Under the pieces are notes generated by a model. That model saw only the letters and a list, made by a program, of their open reading frames with translations. It ran no database searches and was not told the DNA's origin. Shown piece after piece: positions 47,450 to 58,026 of a stretch of DNA of 64,000 nt. The translations under genes were made by a program, and so were the position numbers. Each line of letters starts with the position of its first letter. Position 1 is the stretch's first letter. Source of the DNA: Desulfatiglandales bacterium (GTDB taxonomy: Bacteria; Desulfobacterota; DSM-4660; Desulfatiglandales; Desulfatiglandaceae); contig OY759599.1 in assembly GCA_963662465.1 (NCBI GenBank), positions 7,904,001 to 7,968,000 on the forward strand. Direction: 5' to 3'.

Positions 47450-48424
47450 ATGGACGGAAAAATTTCTCGAAGATCATTTATCAAAGGCAGCCTGGCGGTT
47501 GCGGGGGCGGCTGTAGCATCCTCCCTGCCGCTGCCGGAAGCCGTCAAGGCGTCTTCCGTGGAGGAGCTGGCAACCCTCATCGATATCCGGAAATGCATCG
47601 GTTGCGAGGCCTGCGTGGAGGCGTGCCAGGAAGTCAATGCGCCAAAATTTCCCGAACCGAAAAAGCCCTTTCCCAAGATGTATCCCAGTCGGGTGAAAGT
47701 GTCCGACTGGTCCGATAAAAGAGATGTGATGGATCGGCTGACCCCTTACAACTGGCTGTTTATCCAGGAAGCAACCGTCACGGTCAATGGAAAGGAAGAG
47801 ACCTTTACTATCCCCAGGCGTTGCATGCATTGCCAGAACCCCCCTTGCGCGGATCTTTGCCCCTGGGGCGCGGCCAGCAAGCTGAAAAACGGCATCACCC
47901 GGATCAATGCGGATTATTGTCTGGGCGGGTCCAAATGCAAGGTTGTCTGTCCCTGGCACATTCCCCAGCGGCAGACCGGCGTGGGCTTGTACCTGGACCT
48001 GTTGCCCGCCTTTGCGGGAAATGGCGTTATGTACAAGTGCGACAGGTGTTATAACCGGATTGCCGATGGAAAGTTGCCTGCCTGCATCGATGCATGCCCT
48101 GAGAATGTGCAGAAAATCGGTCCCCGAAATGAAATCTTGAAGGAGGCCCATGCCATTCAAAAGGAGATCGGCGGATACATTTACGGGGAAAAGGAAAACG
48201 GCGGCACCAACACCATCTATGTTTCCCCCGTGCCCTTTGAAGACCTGAATCGGGCCATTGAAAAGGGTCCGGGAAGACCGAACTTAAAGTCGGTAAAGGA
48301 TTCCATGGCGCAGGCGGACAACCTGGCCAAGGCCATGGTGATTGCTCCCATCGCCGGTGTGGCCGCGGCTGCGGCAAAATTCTTTGTCGGCGCTAAAAAA
48401 AGCATGGGATCGGAGGGCAAATAA
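47450..48424 (+). CDS. Tat-exported 4Fe-4S dicluster protein (FdnH/NrfC-like)
   Basis: SRRSFIK Tat motif; CIGCEACVEAC, CMHCQNPPC, KCDRC..PACIDACP. Confidence 0.9.
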   Translation: MDGKISRRSFIKGSLAVAGAAVASSLPLPEAVKASSVEELATLIDIRKCIGCEACVEACQEVNAPKFPEPKKPFPKMYPSRVKVSDWSDKRDVMDRLTPYNWLFIQEATVTVNGKEETFTIPRRCMHCQNPPCADLCPWGAASKLKNGITRINADYCLGGSKCKVVCPWHIPQRQTGVGLYLDLLPAFAGNGVMYKCDRCYNRIADGKLPACIDACPENVQKIGPRNEILKEAHAIQKEIGGYIYGEKENGGTNTIYVSPVPFEDLNRAIEKGPGRPNLKSVKDSMAQADNLAKAMVIAPIAGVAAAAAKFFVGAKKSMGSEGK

Positions 48425-48427
48425 GAG

Positions 48428-48928
48428 ATGAAACCTTCAAATGGAACCAGACTGACAGCGGGAAACAGGGCGATCGCTCGGGTGTTCATCCTGGCCATGG
48501 CGTTGACCGCCTTTACAGGATTCGGTCAGATGCCCATCTTTAAACGCTACTATATTTCTGATATTCCGGGTATGGCCTGGTCGGCCGACTTTTATGCAAC
48601 GCATTTTCTGCATTATCTGGGGGCCACGGTGCTGCTGGGCCTTTTCGCTTATTTTATTCTGGATTATATCCTTACCGGAAGAAAGCAATTCCGCCTGACC
48701 CCTTCGGCTTACCTGCGGATTATCCTTATGGCGGGAATCGTTGCAACGGGCATCCTGAGGGTTTTTAAAAATATGCCGGATGTGCTGTTTTCACCCGCCT
48801 TTACGGCGTTTATTGATATTTCTCACCTGAGCTTCGCCGTTGTTTACCTGTTTACCGCTCTTGTGCTGGCGTTAATGAAACGGGGATGGGTGCGGAAATC
48901 GGACTATTACGGATTGGATTCAATATAG
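48428..48928 (+). CDS. Four-TM membrane anchor (cytochrome b-like)
   Basis: Four hydrophobic segments with His residues; TGFGQMPIFKRYYI; follows the Fe-S gene. Confidence 0.7.
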   Translation: MKPSNGTRLTAGNRAIARVFILAMALTAFTGFGQMPIFKRYYISDIPGMAWSADFYATHFLHYLGATVLLGLFAYFILDYILTGRKQFRLTPSAYLRIILMAGIVATGILRVFKNMPDVLFSPAFTAFIDISHLSFAVVYLFTALVLALMKRGWVRKSDYYGLDSI

Positions 48929-48941
48929 AGAGGAAAGTGTC

Positions 48942-49160
48942 ATGCGTTGTAAACATCATCCCGATCGTGAAGCCGTTGTGCCTTGCCAGAAACATCAAAT
49001 CGGTTATTGCGGTGAATGTCTTGAAAACGGTGTGTCCTGCACGGATCCATTTATCTACTGCAAGTTTCGGACCCAGTGCGTCATCTGGGAAATGGGGCGG
49101 GAGGAGCGGAAGAAAACTGTGCTTGAAGAAGAGGAAAGGGTGGTTCAAGTGGCGGCTTGA
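48942..49160 (+). CDS. Small Cys/His-rich (B-box-like) protein
   Basis: C.HHPDREA...C.KH...YC.EC..C.DP..YCKFR..C; GAGG RBS. Confidence 0.65.
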   Translation: MRCKHHPDREAVVPCQKHQIGYCGECLENGVSCTDPFIYCKFRTQCVIWEMGREERKKTVLEEEERVVQVAA

Positions 49161-49211
49161 AACGGACCTTTCAGAAGGGAGAAGAACGGTTGTGCGGTTT
49201 TATGAAGACGG

Positions 49212-49529
49212 TCATAATTCTGCTAATCGTTTCAATGTATCTGGATGTTTGCGTACCATGAGAATGAGCGCCATTGCCTGATCATTCGGTTTTGATCGCC
49301 CCTGTTCCCATTTCTCCAATGTGCGCTGCGAAATCCGTAAACAGCGCGCAAATACACCCCTTGACAGATTCAATCTCTCCCGAGTTTCCCTGATCGTACC
49401 TGCATCTACCGGAGGGATTGGCCTGTCCTCGATAACATGTGTGCGCAATGTAATCTTGCCCTCCCTATGCCGGCGCATGGCTTCGATCCCTTCCATGATT
49501 TCATCGGATATATTACGTTTTTTGCTCAT
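49212..49529 (-). CDS. higA: HigA-like HTH antitoxin
   Basis: IRETRERLNLSRGVFA..ISQRTLEKWEQGRSKPN. Confidence 0.88.
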   Translation of the reverse strand: MSKKRNISDEIMEGIEAMRRHREGKITLRTHVIEDRPIPPVDAGTIRETRERLNLSRGVFARCLRISQRTLEKWEQGRSKPNDQAMALILMVRKHPDTLKRLAEL

Positions 49530-49870
49530 ATTGATTTCCTTGCTTTTTTCTCGATTTCGATGGCTTTTTTCATCGCCCGTTTCTGTACAATGGTCAAGTC
49601 GTCTGCTTCATCTTTGGCATAAAGGGCAAAAAACCAAATTTGTTTATACTTCATAAGATAATAATAAATGATGCGTAACCCACCTCGTTTACCTTTCCCT
49701 CGCCGTGGATCACGCCAACGCAGCTTGCGAAATCCACCTGTCCCTTGTATTACCTCTCCAATAACAGGGTTTTCCATAAGCGCATATTGGAGAGTCCGGT
49801 ATTCATCATCATTCATATAATCGGGCAAATAACGGGTAAAAGCGGGGGTTTCAAAAAATGTCATCTTCAT
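49526..49870 (-). CDS. higB: RelE/HigB-family toxin
   Basis: FFETPAF, GTGGFRKLRW..GKGKRGGLRIIYY, YAKDEADDL; toxin precedes antitoxin. Confidence 0.9.
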   Translation of the reverse strand: MKMTFFETPAFTRYLPDYMNDDEYRTLQYALMENPVIGEVIQGTGGFRKLRWRDPRRGKGKRGGLRIIYYYLMKYKQIWFFALYAKDEADDLTIVQKRAMKKAIEIEKKARKSI

Positions 49871-50349
49871 GATTTATGTATACGCTATTTGGGTACAAAT
49901 TACAACCAAAACAAGAATGGCGTGAATTCGTAAACCCGTGCTGGGGTGAGTTTCATGAAGCTCCCAACTTTACCGTAGGGAGAAAAACGGTTGTGCGGTT
50001 TTTTTATTCAGTTTTTTCTTGACTCACAATGAATATTTTTCTATGAAGCAGCTCATCTGGATTGAGAAAAGGTTCCCATTGTAAGATTTTCGATGGGAAT
50101 TTTTTCGGCGACCCGTTATGTCGTTATAGGCATAACATAAACGCCCATGTTTTACACAGTATTCTCATTTTTAGGAATTTTAGATTGATTTATGGTCAGC
50201 AAATATTGTATATGGAACTTTTTTTGGCGTTGCGTTATGTCATTTTTGGCACGATAAAACCCTTAGCTTTTGCTCAGGTTTCTCTAGGCTCAAAAAAGCG
50301 AAATAGACGCTGCGTGATTTATATTCCGTAGGCTCGCGGAGGGAAAAAC

Positions 50350-52320
50350 ATGAGGTACGCGGAAACAGGATATAATTTGGAAATTGATTTAGCGACAGGA
50401 AACATTGAACGGGTGGAAACCGACCCGAAACTAATGGAACTTCATCTGGGAGGGCTGGGGACCAGCGTCAAGATACACTGGGATAGGGTTCCCCCTGAAA
50501 CCAAACCCTTTGACCCTGGGAATCTACTCATATTCAGTTCCGGTCTTTTAATCGGCACACCCGCTTACAGCGCTAACCGTGCCATTGTTACCTTTATTTC
50601 TCCTCAAACGGGATTATTGGCATATCCAATGATGGGGGGATTTTGGTCGGCGGAATTGAAGTATGCCGGTTATGACAAGGTGATCTTTCGCAACAAATCC
50701 CCGAAGCTGGTTTACATATGGATACACAATGACAAGGTAGAGATACGTGACGCTGCTCATCTGAAGGGTAAAGGCGCTGTTGAAACGCAAGAGCTTATCC
50801 GGGAGGAATTGAATGAGCCGAAAGCCGAGGTGGCCGCTATTGGTTTGGCCGGTGAAAATCGGGTTTTCGTGGCATCTATCGAGCAGTCCAGGTCAAGTGC
50901 CAGCAGAGGCGGCGGCGGCGCCATTATGGGAGATAAAAATATCAAGGCGGTAGCGGTTCATGGAACGAAGTCCGTCTACCTGGCCCGAGGGGCCGAATTT
51001 ATGGCGCATATGAAGGGGATAACGGAATATATAAAATTCCGGAATTCAAATCCTCTCCCGGGGGTAATGACCATTTTATCCGGAATTGGGTCTCCGGGGG
51101 AGATGAAACACACAGATGAGAAGTGGCATACTGAAAGTTTTGCCTGGGGAAATGCCCGTGCTCGCAGGAAAGACTTTTGGACCAAGGAAATCGAGGAAAG
51201 TTGGAAAAAGACCCAGTTAAGTACGATAACGCGGTTAATAAGTTGTTTTAACTGTCCGCAGCAATGCGGGGCATTAATTTCCTCCGAGGGCGTTTCAAGA
51301 TACATGATGAAATGTTTCTCGAAACTGACCTACTTAATGGCGGCTTATGTGGATAACCTGGATTTTGGTTTTAAAATTGCTAAGCGTGCTTTTGAGTACG
51401 GCGTGGACTCTTTCTCGACCCCGCAAATTTTGGCTTTCGCTGTTGAACTCTATGAAGCCGGTATTTTGACCGACAAAGACTTTGAAGGGTGTCCCTCCGA
51501 TAAAGAGGGGAGATTCTTCTGGTTGCTTGACAGAGTAGCCCGGAGAGAGGGAATCGGAGATGTTCTGGCCGACGGCGTTTATTGGGCGGCCCGAAAAATT
51601 GGCAATGGGGCGGAAAAATATGACCATAATACGACTAAGAAACATGAACAGATGAACATCAAACTGGGAATGCTGGATCCCCTTTATTACCTCATGTATG
51701 CCACCAACGAGAAGGTGAGTATTACCCAAATGGAAGGGAATTGGCCCCAGGCGCCTTTTCCCAAAAAAGAGGACAGAGAAGCGTTTGTAAAGGATTGGCC
51801 CCAGCTTCCCGATGAAAAGTTTAAGCAATATTTCCTGGATTGGGAACCGCGTGGAGAACACTCAAATCCATATTACCCAACGCCTCAAATGTGCTGTGAA
51901 ATTGTGGATTGGATGGAGATGTTGCACAACATTGATGATGCGCTTTGTTTATGCGCCGGCATGGGATCATTTTGCTTGAAGCCTCCCTACCATATACACA
52001 ATTATCCAAAATTAATCTCCGCGGCGACCGGGATGGATCTGGATGAGGTCGCACTGAAGAAAATCGTCAACAGGAGCCGCAATTTACATAGGGCGTACAA
52101 TATTAGACTAGGCTTGTTGAGAGCTGATGAGAAGCCGCCTGAAGACCACTGGAGAAAGAGATTTCCCGAGCTCGAGGAAGAACTCTTATCGACCTATTAT
52201 GCGTACAAGGGATGGAACGCCGACGGTATTCCCACAAAAGAAAGATTGCATGAATTAGATTTGGATTATGTTGCCGAAGACTTGGAAAAAAGAGGATTTT
52301 TAAAAAATGACCAAGACTAA
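50350..52320 (+). CDS. bamB: Class II benzoyl-CoA reductase W-pterin subunit (AOR family)
   Basis: MRYAETGY N-terminus, DEKWHTE.F.WGNAR.RRKDFW, MMKCF, LKPPYHIHNYPK match BamB as I recall it; bamCDEF follow. Confidence 0.9.
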   Translation: MRYAETGYNLEIDLATGNIERVETDPKLMELHLGGLGTSVKIHWDRVPPETKPFDPGNLLIFSSGLLIGTPAYSANRAIVTFISPQTGLLAYPMMGGFWSAELKYAGYDKVIFRNKSPKLVYIWIHNDKVEIRDAAHLKGKGAVETQELIREELNEPKAEVAAIGLAGENRVFVASIEQSRSSASRGGGGAIMGDKNIKAVAVHGTKSVYLARGAEFMAHMKGITEYIKFRNSNPLPGVMTILSGIGSPGEMKHTDEKWHTESFAWGNARARRKDFWTKEIEESWKKTQLSTITRLISCFNCPQQCGALISSEGVSRYMMKCFSKLTYLMAAYVDNLDFGFKIAKRAFEYGVDSFSTPQILAFAVELYEAGILTDKDFEGCPSDKEGRFFWLLDRVARREGIGDVLADGVYWAARKIGNGAEKYDHNTTKKHEQMNIKLGMLDPLYYLMYATNEKVSITQMEGNWPQAPFPKKEDREAFVKDWPQLPDEKFKQYFLDWEPRGEHSNPYYPTPQMCCEIVDWMEMLHNIDDALCLCAGMGSFCLKPPYHIHNYPKLISAATGMDLDEVALKKIVNRSRNLHRAYNIRLGLLRADEKPPEDHWRKRFPELEEELLSTYYAYKGWNADGIPTKERLHELDLDYVAEDLEKRGFLKNDQD

Positions 52321-52843
52321 GAAAATTAAGACAATCAAGGTTGATGCTGATAAGTGCAATGGCTGCAGAGGTTGTGAAGTCGTCTGTTCCGCCTTTCACA
52401 GCGAACCGAAATACAGCTGTATTAATCCGGCAAAGGCTCGTATTCAAATCATCACTCACCGACTGAAAGACATATGGCTTCCGGTGTTCGCCGGTGAATA
52501 TACGCCGGCCGAATGTGCGGGTAGGGACAAATACGTGATTGATGGAAAGGAATACGACGAGTGCGCTTTTTGCCGGGCTTCCTGCCCATCCCGGGACCTG
52601 TTTAAAGACCCTGATTCCGGCCTTCCGTTAAAATGCGATATGTGTGAAGGTGAAGAAGAGGGTCCTTTGTGTGTTCAGTGGTGCCTCAATGATGTCTTGA
52701 CTTACGAAGAAAGAGAAGAGGAAGTGGAAGAAGAGGAAAGCCCGGAGGAAATGGAGATCGGATTGCAGGCATTGGCAAACCAATATGGACTGGACAAAAT
52801 AATGGAAACCGTCAACCGAATGTCAATGTCCAAGACGAGCTGA
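52307..52843 (+). CDS. bamC: BamC 4Fe-4S subunit
   Basis: CNGCRGCEVVCS, ECAGRDKYVIDGKEYDECAFCRASCPSRD, LKCDMC. Confidence 0.88.
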   Translation: MTKTKKIKTIKVDADKCNGCRGCEVVCSAFHSEPKYSCINPAKARIQIITHRLKDIWLPVFAGEYTPAECAGRDKYVIDGKEYDECAFCRASCPSRDLFKDPDSGLPLKCDMCEGEEEGPLCVQWCLNDVLTYEEREEEVEEEESPEEMEIGLQALANQYGLDKIMETVNRMSMSKTS

Positions 52844-52878
52844 AATATAAAGGCAAAACAAGAGGTTTAAGAAATACC

Positions 52879-54030
52879 GTGGAGAATGTAGCCGACTACA
52901 AAGAGATCATCGATGTCATCAAGGAAAGTGGTGGCGACGCCTTCAAAAGATGCTTCCAATGCGGGTTATGCGATACGGTTTGTCCCTGGAACAGGGTCAG
53001 AAACTTCAGCATGCGCAAGCTGGTCCGACAGGCGACTTTCGGTTTTACCGAGATCGAAAGTGAAGAGATGTGGCTTTGCACCACCTGTGGAAGATGCCCG
53101 CAACAGTGCCCCAGGGACGTCAATCAGATTGAGTCGGGGATCGCATTGCGCAGGGTTGCCACGGAATACGGGGTCTTTCCCGCTTCCGTCAAACCCATCC
53201 GCACGGCCATCGGAAGCCTCACGGGAGAGGGCAACCCCATCGGCGAAGACCGAAAAAAAAGAGCGGATTGGGCCAAGGGCCAGGGAATCAACGCCTTTTC
53301 GGAAGAAATGGAAATTTTATACTTCCCCGGCTGCTACCCCAGCTATGACCCGAGACTAAAAAAGGTAGCTACCGCCACGGCGAAGATTCTCAAATCGGCG
53401 GGGGTGAATTTCGGGATAATCGGGGCAAAAGAAAATTGCTGTGGGGAAAGCATCCGCAAAACCGGCGATGAGGAGTTATTCAAACGCCTGGCCAAGGAAA
53501 ACATCAAAACCTTTATCGATAACGGCGTCAAAAAGATCCTGGTTTCTTCCCCCCATTGCTACCACACCTTCAAAAACGAGTATCCCCAATTCATGGTGAA
53601 CTTTGAAATAGTCCATATTTCCCAGTATTTATTCGAGCTGATGAACGAGGGAAGACTTGCGTTTACCGGGGAATATGAGAAGAAAATAACCTATCATGAC
53701 CCCTGTTACCTGGGAAGGCATAACGGCATATATGAGGAACCCCGGGAGGTTCTGAAAAGGATACCGGGGTTGACATTGCATGAAATGCCCGATTCTCGCG
53801 TGGACAGTCTCTGTTGCGGCGGGGGCGGCGGCAGGGTGTGGATGGAAACCCAAAAGGGGGAGAGATTCGGCGATATCAGAATCGAACAGGCCATTGGGGT
53901 GGGCGCCGAGGTACTGGCGACCTGCTGCCCCTACTGCATTACCATGCTCGAGGACAGCCGGATCACCATGGGCGTCGATGAAAAGATCGAGATTAAAGAC
54001 ATCACCGAGATCATACAGGACGTTATTTAG
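52879..54030 (+). CDS. bamD: BamD (HdrD/HdrBC-like, CCG domains)
   Basis: CFQCGLCDTVCP, CTTCGRCPQQCP, CCG, YHDPCYLGR, CCGGGGG. Confidence 0.88.
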   Translation: MENVADYKEIIDVIKESGGDAFKRCFQCGLCDTVCPWNRVRNFSMRKLVRQATFGFTEIESEEMWLCTTCGRCPQQCPRDVNQIESGIALRRVATEYGVFPASVKPIRTAIGSLTGEGNPIGEDRKKRADWAKGQGINAFSEEMEILYFPGCYPSYDPRLKKVATATAKILKSAGVNFGIIGAKENCCGESIRKTGDEELFKRLAKENIKTFIDNGVKKILVSSPHCYHTFKNEYPQFMVNFEIVHISQYLFELMNEGRLAFTGEYEKKITYHDPCYLGRHNGIYEEPREVLKRIPGLTLHEMPDSRVDSLCCGGGGGRVWMETQKGERFGDIRIEQAIGVGAEVLATCCPYCITMLEDSRITMGVDEKIEIKDITEIIQDVI

Positions 54031-54064
54031 GGATCTTACAAATCTCACATAGGGAAATAGAGCA

Positions 54065-57000
54065 GTGGAAAAAGAACGGATTGAACAACTTAAAAAGGGC
54101 TTCGCGGACGGTAATTTCGGCGATGTGATGGTTGTAGGCGGTGGGGTCAGCGGCATTCAAGCATCGCTGGACCTTGCCACTGCCGGTTTTAAGGTCTACC
54201 TGGTGGAAAAATCGCCCAGCATCGGGGGCCATATGGCCCAGCTGGATAAGACCTTTCCCACCAATGATTGCTCCATGTGAATACTTTCTCCTAAACTGGT
54301 CGAGGTCGGCCGGCATCCGAACATAGAGGTTCTTACTTATACGGAAGTTGATGGCGTGGAGGGAAAAGCGGGAGACTTCAACGTCGCCCTGATCAAGAAA
54401 CCCCGATATATCATCGAGGAAAAATGCACGGGTTGTACCACCTGCGCCGAATACTGTCCGGTGCAATACCCGGATCAATTCAATCAGGACATATCGGAGA
54501 ACAAAGCCGTCCATATCTACTTTGCCCAGGCGGTCCCCCTGATCGCCTATATTGATGAAACCTGTCTTTACCTGAAAGAGAAGAAATGCGCCATTTGTGA
54601 AAACGTCTGTCAGGCCGGCGCCATTGATCTCCATCAAAAGCCGGAGAAGGTAAACATCAACGTGGGGGCTATCATTTTAGCGCTCGGCATTGAGCCCTTT
54701 GACCCCAGGGTCAGGGAGGAATATCGCTATGGACAGTTTGCAAACGTGGTCACCAGCATGGACTATGAACGGCTGTTATGCGCGACGGGGCCTTACGGCG
54801 GGGAGATACGGCGTGCTTCAGACCTGAAACATCCCCATAAAATCGCCTGGATCAGCTGCGTGGGCTCCAGGCGACTGACAGAGGGCAACAACAGCTACTG
54901 CTCCGGCGTGTGCTGCACCTATGCCCAGAAACACGTGATTTTAACCAAGGACCATGATCCCGAGGCTGAGTGTACCATCTTTCACAACGATATTCGCTCC
55001 TTCGGCAAGGATTTTGAACGATACCACCAGCGAACCGAGCAACTCCCCGGGATTCGATTTATCAGAAGCTACACCTCCATCACCCAGGAGGACCCGGAAA
55101 CCAAGAATGTCACGGTGCGATACGCGACCCATGACGCCGGCGTCAAAGAAGAAGAATTCAATATGGTGGTATTATCCGTCGGGTTGAATCCCCCCAAGGA
55201 TTTTCAGGGCCTGGCAGAAAAATTCGGTATTGAGCTGGAACCTCACAATTTTTGTAAACTCAATCCCACAAACCCCATAGAAACCACCCGGCCCGGCATC
55301 TTTGTGAGCGGCGCCTTCCAGGGTCCCATCGATATTCCCGAGTCGGTGTTCAGCGCCAGCGGCGCCGGCGCCCAGTGCGGCCAACTTCTGGATTACCGGC
55401 GCGGAAAACTTTCCAGGGAAAGGATATACCCCCCTGAACGGGATGTGTCCCAGGAAGAACCCAGGATCGGGGTCTTCGTGTGCCATTGCGGGTCCAATAT
55501 CGGAAGCGTCGTGAATGTTCCCTCAGTCGTTGAATATGCCCTGACCCTCCCCCATGTGGTCTATGCCCAGGAACAGCTGTTTTCATGCGCGACCAATTCC
55601 GCACAGGAAATAACGGACATTACCAAAGAAAAAGGGCTCAATCGCGTGGTGGTGGCCGCCTGCTCCCCAAGGACCCTGGAACCGCTCTTTCGGGACACCG
55701 TCCGAGAAGCAGGCATCAACCAGTATTACTACGACATGGCCAATATCCGGGAACATTGCTCCTGGTGCCATTCCAAGGAAAAGGAAGCAGCAACGCAAAA
55801 GGCAAAGGATATTACCCGCATGTCGGTGGCCCGCGCCTGCCTTCTGGAACCATTGCAGGAATTTGACCTGCCGGTGGATAGAAGGGCCCTGGTGGTGGGC
55901 GGCGGCATCGCCGGCATGACCTGCGCGCTCTCCATCGCCGCCCAGGAGGATCATGAGGTTTATCTGATTGAAAAAGATAAAGATCTCGGGGGCATGGTTA
56001 GAAAAATTTACACCACGCTCGAAGGTCTGGATGTTCAGGCCTATTTGCGTGATCTGGTGCAGAAGGTTTACCTGAACCCCTTGATCCATGTGTATACGGA
56101 TGCCGAAATTATAGAAGCGACCGGTTATGTGGGGAATTTTGTCACTCAGATAAAATCCGACAGAGGGCTTACAGAGATCAAGCATGGCGTGGCCGTCATC
56201 GCAACGGGGGCCGATGTATATGAACCCACCGAATACCTCTACGGCGAAGACGACCGGGTGCTGACCCAGCTCGATTTGGAAGACCGAATTGCCAAGAAAG
56301 ACGAAAAGGTCCTTAAAGCCGAGACCCTGGTGATGATCCAATGCGTCGGCTGCAGAAATGAGGACCGGAATTACTGCTCCCGCATCTGCTGCGGCAATGC
56401 TGTTAAAAACGCCCTGAAACTGAAAGAGATCAACCCGGAGATGGATATCTATATCCTCTTTCGGGATATGAGGACCTATGGGTTCAGCGAGGATTATTAC
56501 CGGGAAGCCTCCAATAAGGATGTGAAGTTCATCCGCTGGGAACCGGAAAATCAGCCGCAAGTGGAAGCGGTTACCGAGGCGGGCAAACCCGTTTTAAGGG
56601 TCGCCGTGACCGATGAAGTTTTAGGTCAACAGCTTGGCATAGACGCCGATTGCCTCGTTTTGGCCGCCGCTGTGATCCCCTCCGCATCAACCAAAGAAAT
56701 CGCCGGTCAATTCAAGGTGACTTTGAGCCCGGATGGCTTTTTTAAGGAAGCCCACGCCAAATTGAGACCGGTCGAGTTTGCCGCGGATGGCGTTTATCTA
56801 TGTGGAATGGCCCACTATCCGAAAACCATATCGGAGACCATCAACCAGGCGTATGGAGCCGCGGGCCGGGTCTTAACACTTCTTTCACACGATACGGTTG
56901 TTGCATCCGGTTCCGTTTGCGAGGTAGATGAAAAGAGGTGCATGGGGTGTGGGGCATGTGCCTCAGTTTGTACCTACGGCGCCATTGAATTGCGGAAAAC

Positions 57001-57190
57001 AAAACTGGGTCATAAGGCCGTCATTAATCCGGTCCTCTGCAAAGGGGATGGCCTCTGCAACACCAAGTGTCCGACGGGCGCTATTTTTCTGAAACACTTT
57101 ACCGATGAAGCGCTCTTAAGTCAAATCGATGCGGCCTTTCCAGCGGAAGAGAGCAACCAACCCATGAATGCGGCTGTGGGAGATGTGTAA
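54065..57190 (+). CDS. bamE: BamE (HdrA-like flavoprotein), selenoprotein; merges the 71-aa and 944-aa ORFs (1041 aa)
   Basis: In-frame TGA at 54278-54280 in [19 protein letters not shown], where HdrA has Cys; the frame continues; two FAD domains. Confidence 0.9.
54296..54313 (+). promoter_or_regulatory. Candidate SECIS hairpin of bamE
   Basis: CTGGTCG-AGGT-CGGCCGG stem-loop with G in the loop, starting 16 nt after the UGA. Confidence 0.55.
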
Positions 57191-57238
57191 ACGTACACAA
57201 ACAAATAAAGCCGGGATTACACAAACGAGGGGAAAAAG

Positions 57239-58024
57239 ATGAGTACGGGACTGAAATTTAAACCTAAAATTTTGGGTTTTGTATGCCATTGGTGAGCATA
57301 CGGCGCCGCAGACATGGCTGGAGTTTCCAGACTACAATATGCAAGTGAAATGAGGCTTATCCGCGTCATGTGTTCCGGCAGGGTCGACCTGGAGTTTGTA
57401 CTCAGAGCCTTCTCTAATGGAACGGATGCTGTTTTTATCGGTGGCTGTCATCTGGGTGAATGCAACTATGTGACCCATGGCAACTTCCATACCCTGAACA
57501 TGGTCCTTTTATGCCGGAAGATCATGGAACATATCGGGCTTAATCCCGAAAGGTTGCGCATTAAATTCATGTCCGCCGGGGATGGGATTCCATTCGCCCA
57601 AATGATGAGTGAGTTCATCGCCAAGGTAAAAGAGTTGGGTCCCCTTGGCCATGGCGAAGCTGAAGACATAGACCGAGACGCATTAAAATCAAAAATTGCG
57701 GAAGTAACCAAGCTGATCCCCTACATTAAGATAGCAAAAAGGGAAAAGCTGGCGTCGCGTCTTGAAAATAAAAAAGACTATGAGGGACTTTTTACCAAGG
57801 ACGAAATAGAGGATTTATTTCGCGATGTCGTCTCCTACTATATTGATCCGGAAAAGTGCAAGGCTTGTATGATGTGCGCCAAGAGATGTCCCGCGGAGGC
57901 GATTATCGGTGCAAAGAAGCAAATTCATGTGATTGATCAGGAGAAATGCATCAAATGTGGCACTTGCTTTGAGGTCTGCCCGCCTAAATTCGGCGCTGTA
58001 ACGAAGATTTTTGGAGAGTATTAA
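57239..58024 (+). CDS. bamF: BamF (MvhD-like 2Fe-2S plus ferredoxin domain), selenoprotein
   Basis: ATG 57239 after GAGGGG; FVCHW-U-AYGAAD with TGA at 57293-57295 at the second Cys of MvhD CxxC; RVMCSGRV, GCHLGEC; C-terminal dicluster. Confidence 0.9.
57318..57330 (+). promoter_or_regulatory. Candidate SECIS apical hairpin of bamF
   Basis: CTGGA-GTT-TCCAG; loop G is 28 nt after the UGA. Confidence 0.5.
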
Positions 58025-58026
58025 CC

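Larger units (their letters stand above)
49176..50002. repeat. 26-bp direct repeats flanking the higBA cassette
   Basis: AGGGAGAAGAACGGTTGTGCGGTTTT (49176-49201) and AGGGAGAAAAACGGTTGTGCGGTTTT (49977-50002): 25/26. Confidence 0.85.

Noticed and set aside
55583..56560. 325-aa minus-strand ORF
   Set aside because: Antisense shadow of bamE.
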